Source of the DNA: an uncultured Armatimonadia bacterium
GTDB lineage: Bacteria; Armatimonadota; Armatimonadia; Armatimonadales; Armatimonadaceae
Length of the DNA stretch: 64,000 nucleotides
Direction: 5' to 3'
NCBI GenBank assembly: GCA_964606305.1
Contig: CAZSGJ010000002.1
Coordinates: 27,749 to 91,748 of the forward strand
Within the stretch, counting starts at the first letter, position 1; the number at the start of each line of letters is the position of its first letter. Below the pieces are notes generated by a model, which made no database searches, was not told the DNA's origin, and worked only from the letters and a program-made list of their open reading frames with translations. Positions 58,475-64,000 of this stretch are shown in pieces. Both the position numbers and the translations under genes were made by a program.

Positions 58475-58843
58475 TTAAGGGTTGGAGGTCGAAATGAATC
58501 CAGCAGATTGGCTTACAACACCTGTAGCAGGATCATAGTTGAGGGGAGTCTTCGTGTTTGGATCAACAATCATTTGCTCTGTCACCCCGTATGGCTTCAA
58601 GTCGCTCAAGCTTGGCGGTAACTGATCATCGTGATCCATTTTGTACATCGTAATCGCTTGCTGTATTTGCGAAATGTACTCATTACCTGCAGTGATTCTT
58701 GCACGCTGCGTCGGTGTCGGTACTTTCCGACCGGCTTTGTCAACGCCACCGCCGCCTGTTACGTAACGAACAACAAAAACAGCAAGCACAGCAATTATGG
58801 CAATCGTAAGCAAAGTCCCGACGAGTGAAAATCCGCGTCTCAA
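58475..58843 (-). CDS. GspG-like pseudopilin with an atypical prepilin N-terminus (Gly at +5)
   Basis: N-terminus MRRG|FSLVGTLLTIAIIAVLAV. The C-terminal part resembles major T2SS pseudopilins (ISQIQQAITMYKMDHDDQLPPSLSDL...DPNTKTPLNYDP). Overlaps the upstream BCCP-like stop by 4 nt. Confidence 0.7.
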   Translation of the reverse strand: MRRGFSLVGTLLTIAIIAVLAVFVVRYVTGGGGVDKAGRKVPTPTQRARITAGNEYISQIQQAITMYKMDHDDQLPPSLSDLKPYGVTEQMIVDPNTKTPLNYDPATGVVSQSAGFISTSNP

Positions 58844-59259
58844 CTGGATTTACTCTCAAGAAGCGCAAACAAAATCTGACCATACTCCACAGGTTGACCA
58901 GGCTCCACGTGAACTGCGGTAATAACACCGGAAACCGGAGAAACAATCGCATTGGTGATGCCGACCGTATCTACAGCACCAAGCGCCCGAGTACCGTCAA
59001 CGATGTCACCAACTACAAATGCCGGCTCAGCGGGCACAAACACGCCCACACTTTGTGCGGTAACGGAATGGGTCGCCGTCTTGTCCGCTGCCGATGTAAT
59101 GCTCTCAGAATCCACAGGAACATCAACATCAGAAATAGCAATACTGCGCCGCAAGCGAACATGGATGCCATCGGCGATGACTTCAAGCTCTGTCATTTGT
59201 GGTTGCGATGACATCGCTGCCGCATAGGCTTCAATCAAACTCGTATCCATCGTTACCAC
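58840..59259 (-). CDS. Biotin carboxyl carrier protein (BCCP) homologue lacking the biotinyl-lysine
   Basis: BCCP-like N-terminus (MTELEVIADGIHVRLRR) and biotinyl-domain core (VGDIV..., SGVITAVHVEPGQPVEYGQ). The EAMKM box reads VDTVGIT, with codon GGC at the Lys position. The start is GTG 59259 or ATG 59250. Confidence 0.8.
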   Translation of the reverse strand: MVTMDTSLIEAYAAAMSSQPQMTELEVIADGIHVRLRRSIAISDVDVPVDSESITSAADKTATHSVTAQSVGVFVPAEPAFVVGDIVDGTRALGAVDTVGITNAIVSPVSGVITAVHVEPGQPVEYGQILFALLESKSS

Positions 59260-60362
59260 TTCTTTTCAAAAATAGCCCATTCAAGTGCATGGATAATCTT
59301 TGCAATGACCATGATCGAACCGGCAATGACAAACAACCAAATGGCGGATTCGTTCGGCTTAGCAACCTTTATCGCAGTCGTAGGATCGCCCGTAAAAGCG
59401 AATCTCCGAACTGTCATCTCGATGGCATTCATCACATTACCAACGGAATCACGCATCTCATATCCAAGGAAAGCACACAAGGCAATAGACAGCGTCATCA
59501 CCACTGGCAAGAGAATCTTGTACTTCTCGCGTTGATGCTCATTATAGATGATGCAGTTTCTGCAGCGTTCGACTTTCTGAGCATCCGAGAGAAAGACAAC
59601 CTTTTTCGGAGTGCTATTATTCGCGTAATTTTGCGACTCACTCGGAGCCATTTCTAGGACCGTCCCGCGGGACTTTTTCGTCGCAATATTTACGATTTCT
59701 TCATCGCAGTAGCAACCACGCCGTCGTTGCCAACATGTGTCCTTGGCTTTGAATATTGGACAGTGTGTTCGGACATAATCCCGGCAGTAAGCACCTTCCC
59801 AGCACTTACCGATGAGCGACATTCTGACCGGTCGGTCTTCCCTCTTGGCATCGTTACCAAACTGTAAGTCGGATGCAACCTTGCTTTGGCGCTCAACGGA
59901 ACGTATCACGCGAACGATCAGGTCCCGGACAACGAGTATGAGTGCAATCAGTCCAGGCGCCATTGCAGCGACTGGAAACTTCGCCACGGTCATTCTCATA
60001 GCAACCGAGGGCTCGCCACCCATACTGGCGAATGCCATCGGTACTCCAAAGTAGAGAGCTCCGGCCAATATGGCCATCAGGTAGCCTGCGGTTTCCTCGA
60101 ACCAGAATATGACCAGAGAGCAAATAGAGCCAACAACAGCCGCTGCAAGCATCGCATTTCCAGCAAGGTTAATATTCCCAAGCATCGTAACTTGACGCGT
60201 TCTGTCCCAAGATGCAAAGTCTCCCAAACCGAAAAACACGCCATAAAGTAAGTATGCCGTGGCGATTCCAAAAACGATGATGCAAATGTGAAACACATTG
60301 CTGGCAAAGGCCAGCATCACCGGTGTGCTTGCTCCAGTGCGACTATACTGCTCCTGGTCCAT
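59253..60362 (-). CDS. Polytopic membrane protein with a central Cys-rich module
   Basis: 369 aa with about 4 TM segments, then CWEGAYC-x7-C-x8-C-x6-CYC...CRNC (8 Cys), then 2 more TM segments. I recognised no family. The stop overlaps or abuts the BCCP-like start. Confidence 0.65.
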   Translation of the reverse strand: MDQEQYSRTGASTPVMLAFASNVFHICIIVFGIATAYLLYGVFFGLGDFASWDRTRQVTMLGNINLAGNAMLAAAVVGSICSLVIFWFEETAGYLMAILAGALYFGVPMAFASMGGEPSVAMRMTVAKFPVAAMAPGLIALILVVRDLIVRVIRSVERQSKVASDLQFGNDAKREDRPVRMSLIGKCWEGAYCRDYVRTHCPIFKAKDTCWQRRRGCYCDEEIVNIATKKSRGTVLEMAPSESQNYANNSTPKKVVFLSDAQKVERCRNCIIYNEHQREKYKILLPVVMTLSIALCAFLGYEMRDSVGNVMNAIEMTVRRFAFTGDPTTAIKVAKPNESAIWLFVIAGSIMVIAKIIHALEWAIFEKKW

Positions 60363-60369
60363 ATTCTTC

Positions 60370-60927
60370 CTACTTTACGCGTTCAAGGTAAGTATCAGTG
60401 CGTGTATCGACGCGCACTTTATCTCCTTGATTAACGAAAAATGGAACACGGATGACAGCCCCTGTCTCTAATGTGGCAGGTTTGCTTCCTCCGGATGCCG
60501 TATCACCCTTAAAGCCAGGATCGGTTTCAGTGATTACCAGCTCCATAAAGTCGGGAGCCGTGACCTGCACAATCTCTTCCTTAAAGATAATGACCTGAAC
60601 ATCGGTGTTTTCCTTCAGGTACTTTTCCTTTTCACCGATCAACTTACGATCCACAGTTACCTGTTCAAAGGTCTCCATGTCCATCAGGTGAAAGTCTGAA
60701 CCTTCGGAATAGAGGAACTGCATCACCTTACGGTCGAGGCGCGCTTGTTCAATCTTTTCACCTGCGTTCCAAGTACGATCAATAGTCGCACCCGTTCGCA
60801 GATTCTTCATTTTGGAACGTACAAACGCTCCGCCTTTACCTGGCTTGACATGTTGAAACTCAACAATGGTGTAGATGTCATTGTTGAACAAGATCGACAA
60901 GCCGTTTCGAAAATCTCCAGTATCCAT
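60370..60927 (-). CDS. efp: Elongation factor P
   Basis: 185 aa with FRNGL, HVKPGKGGAFVR.K.KN and VPFFV motifs. Confidence 0.97.
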   Translation of the reverse strand: MDTGDFRNGLSILFNNDIYTIVEFQHVKPGKGGAFVRSKMKNLRTGATIDRTWNAGEKIEQARLDRKVMQFLYSEGSDFHLMDMETFEQVTVDRKLIGEKEKYLKENTDVQVIIFKEEIVQVTAPDFMELVITETDPGFKGDTASGGSKPATLETGAVIRVPFFVNQGDKVRVDTRTDTYLERVK

Positions 60928-60954
60928 ACGGGCAGATTATAGCACGATAAAGAA

Positions 60955-60982
60955 AGCCCCCGGTTCGCGAGAACCGGGGGCT
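60955..60982 (-). terminator. Intrinsic terminator after the SLH outer-membrane protein gene
   Basis: 12-bp GC-rich stem AGCCCCCGGTTC/GAACCGGGGGCT with a 4-nt loop. On the minus strand it is followed by TTCTTTAT. Confidence 0.75.
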
Positions 60983-61012
60983 TGACTTTTAGCTGCGCAA
61001 GCGCAGTTCAGG

Positions 61013-62890
61013 TTAGAACTTAACCGAGAACTGGGTTGCAACAACTCCGCCCTTCTGGACGTCAGCTGTACCATCGTTGTACGAAACAACCTGGTAGAGC
61101 AAACGGAAGGTCGAAGTAGCGCTAAGGGTCTTTGCATAGGCATAGTTCGTGAATGTCTCACGTCCCTTGAGTGCGCCTGCATCCGTGTACTTGGTAACTT
61201 CCTGGGAAACAGAGAAGTCAGATGTTGAACCCAGCTTGTAGGTGAAACCTGCTCTGGTGTTCTCGGACTTCTGATCCTTGGTGTTGCCACCCTTGTCAGT
61301 ACCGGTGTAGTTCTGAGTTGCCAACATAACGTTCAACTTGGATGTTGGGGTCCAGTTCCAGGATCCGTAACCACCCTTGATGTCGGTTGGGTTGACGTTG
61401 GTACCCATACGGCCCCAGCTACCTGGTGCACCGAAGAGAGGCTCAACTTCACGGTAACCACCGGACAGGGTCCAGGAGCCGTTGGACAACTTGGTGTGTA
61501 CATTGTAAGCAGAGTTGTCGCGAACGTTGACGTTAGCGCCACCCAAGCGGGTGTTGGACTCAGCGTACTCACCGTAGACATCAAGGCCAAAGAGCTTGAT
61601 CTTAGCATCAGCGCCATAGACGTTGACCTGATCGAAGTCACCATTGGACTGTCCAGCTGCCAATACGGTGCTGACACCAACTGGGATGCTGAAGAGCTTG
61701 AAGCCTGCACGTCCACCAGCAACACGGCTGACAGTGATACCAGTGGAGTTCGGGGCTCCGATTTGGTCTGCACGGTCAAATGTGTAAGGAGCCTTCAAAC
61801 CAGCCTTGATACCGGTGGAGAGGGTTGCATCTCCGCCATTGATCAGGGATGAGTTAGCGATTGGATCCGTCTTACCAGCAAGCGCTGTGATGGAGAATGG
61901 ACCAAGCTTGAAGGATGCATTCAAACCGTCAACAAGGTAGTTGCCGTTATCGGTCTTGTTGTTGTTGAAGTAAGCATCAACATCGTATGCCTTGAAGGTC
62001 AAAGCAGACATTTGGCTTGGCACACGTCCGATGTTCGCTGCAACCGTTCCGAGAACAGGGATGCTCTGCTTGGTGGAGTAGACAGCCTTGTAGATGGTCT
62101 GACCCTGATCAGCGGTTCCGTTTGCATACTGAGCAATGGAGCCCAATGATGGCAGGTAGTTACCGAAGTTGAGGGTTACATCTACCGAAGGTGCGGAGAT
62201 GTTGACATCGAGGTCATGGCGAACCGTGCTCGTACCGAGAACGGTCGATCCAGCAGCGATTGCGGCGCTGTTGTAATCGAGTGCACCGAGACCGTTGGTG
62301 CCAAAGTCACCACGAACGTATGCATTGAATGCACCGGAGATCTTGACAGCGTTCTTGTTTGCTGCTTCGAGAGCTGCAATACGCTTTTCATGATTGTCAA
62401 GGGTCTTCTTTGCCTTGTCTACATCCACGCCAAGGGTGGTAAGTTCCGTCTGGAACTCAGCAACCATCTTGCGGATGAGGTCAATGTCAGACTGCTTTGC
62501 AAGTCCGGACATATCAACCTTAACAGGTGCAGGGATGTCAGACTTCTTGGCATAGCCACCGAGCAGGTCCTGAACCTGATCCATGGAAACACCGGCCTTA
62601 ACTTCAGGTGCTGCTGGCAGAGGAGCCTTAACGTAAGTAGCATCCGCCCAGCGAACGATACGGTCTACAACCATCGCGAGCTCGTAGCGGGTCAGGGAAC
62701 GCTTACCTGCGAACTTGCCATCGGTGTCACCGATAAAGACCTTGTCCTTGGCCAAGCGCTCGATTGCCTGGTATGCCCAGTGATCATTTGGAACGTCCTT
62801 GAAAGGACCATCCTGTGCGAACACAGGTGCGACGCCAATTCCGGCGAGCGTCACTGCGAGTGCGCCGACGGTCATCGTCATATTCTTCAT
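61013..62890 (-). CDS. SLH-domain / coiled-coil / beta-barrel outer-membrane protein (OmpM/Slp-like)
   Basis: GAGGAAA RBS, then a signal peptide from Met 62890 (MKNMTMTVGALAVTLAGIGVAPVFAQ). An SLH domain follows (FKDVPNDHWAYQAIERLA...LTRYELA), then a coiled coil. The long beta-strand-rich C-terminus ends in ...FSVKF. Confidence 0.85.
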   Translation of the reverse strand: MKNMTMTVGALAVTLAGIGVAPVFAQDGPFKDVPNDHWAYQAIERLAKDKVFIGDTDGKFAGKRSLTRYELAMVVDRIVRWADATYVKAPLPAAPEVKAGVSMDQVQDLLGGYAKKSDIPAPVKVDMSGLAKQSDIDLIRKMVAEFQTELTTLGVDVDKAKKTLDNHEKRIAALEAANKNAVKISGAFNAYVRGDFGTNGLGALDYNSAAIAAGSTVLGTSTVRHDLDVNISAPSVDVTLNFGNYLPSLGSIAQYANGTADQGQTIYKAVYSTKQSIPVLGTVAANIGRVPSQMSALTFKAYDVDAYFNNNKTDNGNYLVDGLNASFKLGPFSITALAGKTDPIANSSLINGGDATLSTGIKAGLKAPYTFDRADQIGAPNSTGITVSRVAGGRAGFKLFSIPVGVSTVLAAGQSNGDFDQVNVYGADAKIKLFGLDVYGEYAESNTRLGGANVNVRDNSAYNVHTKLSNGSWTLSGGYREVEPLFGAPGSWGRMGTNVNPTDIKGGYGSWNWTPTSKLNVMLATQNYTGTDKGGNTKDQKSENTRAGFTYKLGSTSDFSVSQEVTKYTDAGALKGRETFTNYAYAKTLSATSTFRLLYQVVSYNDGTADVQKGGVVATQFSVKF

Positions 62891-63150
62891 TATTTTCCTC
62901 AAATACATCGTGCAATTGGAGTTGCACAACAGGTTTCAAAATCCGACACCGTGAGGAAGAAGACCGCTAACGGGTAGTATCCATGTTGCCTTCCGCAAGC
63001 ATTGGCTGCTTTCGCACTACGTTGTCGTTCAGTAACCAATGTATATGATAACCGAAACTGGGCCGAGTTTCAGAAAAATTAAGAATTTATTACAGGGTAC
63101 GGACACATATCCAAGAATCCGGCACCGGCTTTGATAACCCCAACAACCCC

Positions 63151-63495
63151 TTACCCACCGAACGGAAAGGTGTATCTGGCATCCCGAAGCATGAACGACC
63201 GACGACTCGCGAGCCCCTTCTTATTGCCAAGAAACGCATCAAGCCAATAACTCACGACGTCCGGGTCAACATCCGAGCCATCTGGACTGAGAATGGCCAG
63301 CTCGTACGACCACACCTTTGTGCGTTCATCGCACTCGAGGGTCAGTTCGAGCCAAATGCCGTTGTGAAACCGTCGATAGCGTTCTCTGTCTATAACTCCA
63401 TACTTCTGCAATGCGAACAACGTCAGGGGTTCATTGTTCGCAAGTGTCCACATCTCCTGCACGACACGCATATCGCGCTCAGCGATACCGCTCAC
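63151..63495 (-). CDS. Hypothetical small protein (114 aa)
   Basis: The ORF start overlaps the upstream aminopeptidase stop by 4 nt. I recognised no family. Confidence 0.45.
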   Translation of the reverse strand: MSGIAERDMRVVQEMWTLANNEPLTLFALQKYGVIDRERYRRFHNGIWLELTLECDERTKVWSYELAILSPDGSDVDPDVVSYWLDAFLGNKKGLASRRSFMLRDARYTFPFGG

Positions 63496-64000
63496 CCGAT
63501 GAGATTCCCGGGATTTAGGCCCTGCAGAGCATTAGGGATGAACAAGCCATCGCGGCGAATCAACACATCATCAAACCAAATCTCGCCACCACCCCACTCG
63601 GGTCGTTGGATCAAGACCATGTCCCAGTGCACTCCGGAGCGGTTTCCATTCCCGGGGGATGCGTATGCATTTCCTGGTGTGAAGTGCAATGACCCTGCAA
63701 TTTTCTCGTCGAAAAGCACATCACGCATGGGATTCAGAATCACAGGATTGAATCCAATGGCAAACTCTCCGATTCGGCGTGCACCTTCATCTGTATCAAG
63801 AATGTCATTGAGTGACTTCGTATCGGATGATGTTGCCTCGACAATGACTCCATCTTTAAGGACTAAACGAATATCACTGAACGGTTTACCTGCATACAGA
63901 GTCGGCGCGTTGTAACTTATGACACCGTTTGTCGAATCAATTGTCGGGCATGAGAAACATTCGCCATCCGGTACATTGCGCTTGCCGTAGCTCATGCGTG
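63492..64000 (-). CDS. M29-family aminopeptidase (AmpS/PepS-like), partial; the N-terminus lies beyond the window
   Basis: C-terminal part with [10 protein letters not shown] and [15 protein letters not shown], which resemble M29 aminopeptidases. The frame is open to the window end. Confidence 0.65.
   Translation of the reverse strand, partial: RMSYGKRNVPDGECFSCPTIDSTNGVISYNAPTLYAGKPFSDIRLVLKDGVIVEATSSDTKSLNDILDTDEGARRIGEFAIGFNPVILNPMRDVLFDEKIAGSLHFTPGNAYASPGNGNRSGVHWDMVLIQRPEWGGGEIWFDDVLIRRDGLFIPNALQGLNPGNLIG

Noticed and set aside
62216-62977. 253-aa ORF antisense to the SLH outer-membrane protein gene
   Set aside because: This is a shadow ORF. The minus-strand gene has an RBS, a signal peptide, an SLH domain and a terminator.
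1-64000. Scanned for CRISPR repeats, IS or transposase genes, integrases, toxin-antitoxin pairs, restriction-modification and other defence genes, and tRNA or rRNA genes
   Set aside because: I recognised none. The intergenic spacers are all 220 nt or shorter, and every large ORF has a housekeeping or envelope assignment or is listed above as unknown.

Overview
Densely coding 64-kb chromosomal window with about 60 CDS. I saw no rRNA or tRNA genes, CRISPR arrays, IS elements, integrases or prophage modules. Most of it is housekeeping. It holds the 3' part of a secretin, smpB, an APC permease, a Tat-exported Gfo/Idh/MocA oxidoreductase next to a DUF3748 protein, surE and an M28 peptidase. A sugar-acid operon follows (kdgK-eda-enolase-superfamily dehydratase), then the classical ffh-rpsP-KH-rimM-trmD-rplS-lepB-rnhB cluster and pstSCAB. 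Further on are metF, an FeS-type (6-4) photolyase/cryptochrome, map, an alkyltransferase-like (ATL) protein, livGF, hflX and comF. A planctomycete-type PSCyt/DUF1549/DUF1553 protein precedes groES-groEL, which carries a CIRCE-like operator. The remainder holds an M23 peptidase-holin-like-rapZ-yvcK cluster, an MrfA-like DUF1998 helicase, ppk1, an ABC-F ATPase, an efp...accC operon, an SLH-anchored outer-membrane beta-barrel and a partial M29 aminopeptidase. Gene content (DUF1559 pseudopilins, a PSCyt protein, an OmpM-like SLH porin, Firmicute-like synteny) suggests a diderm Terrabacteria or PVC-like lineage such as Armatimonadota. That is inference only. The most unusual locus is the minus-strand operon at 55.4-60.9 kb. 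In the conserved efp/accB/accC context, the accB-position gene encodes a BCCP homologue whose biotinyl-lysine is replaced by Gly. It is translationally coupled upstream to a polytopic membrane protein with an 8-Cys module and downstream to a GspG-like pseudopilin lacking Glu+5. Secondary leads are a promoter-plus-terminator-bounded small-RNA candidate between comF and hflX, two tandem small paralogous envelope proteins after a DUF1559 pseudopilin, FG/Gly-rich inserts in the secretin, and a beta-propeller/helical protein coupled to comF. All calls rest on motif recognition by eye and no searches were run. Start codons are often ambiguous.
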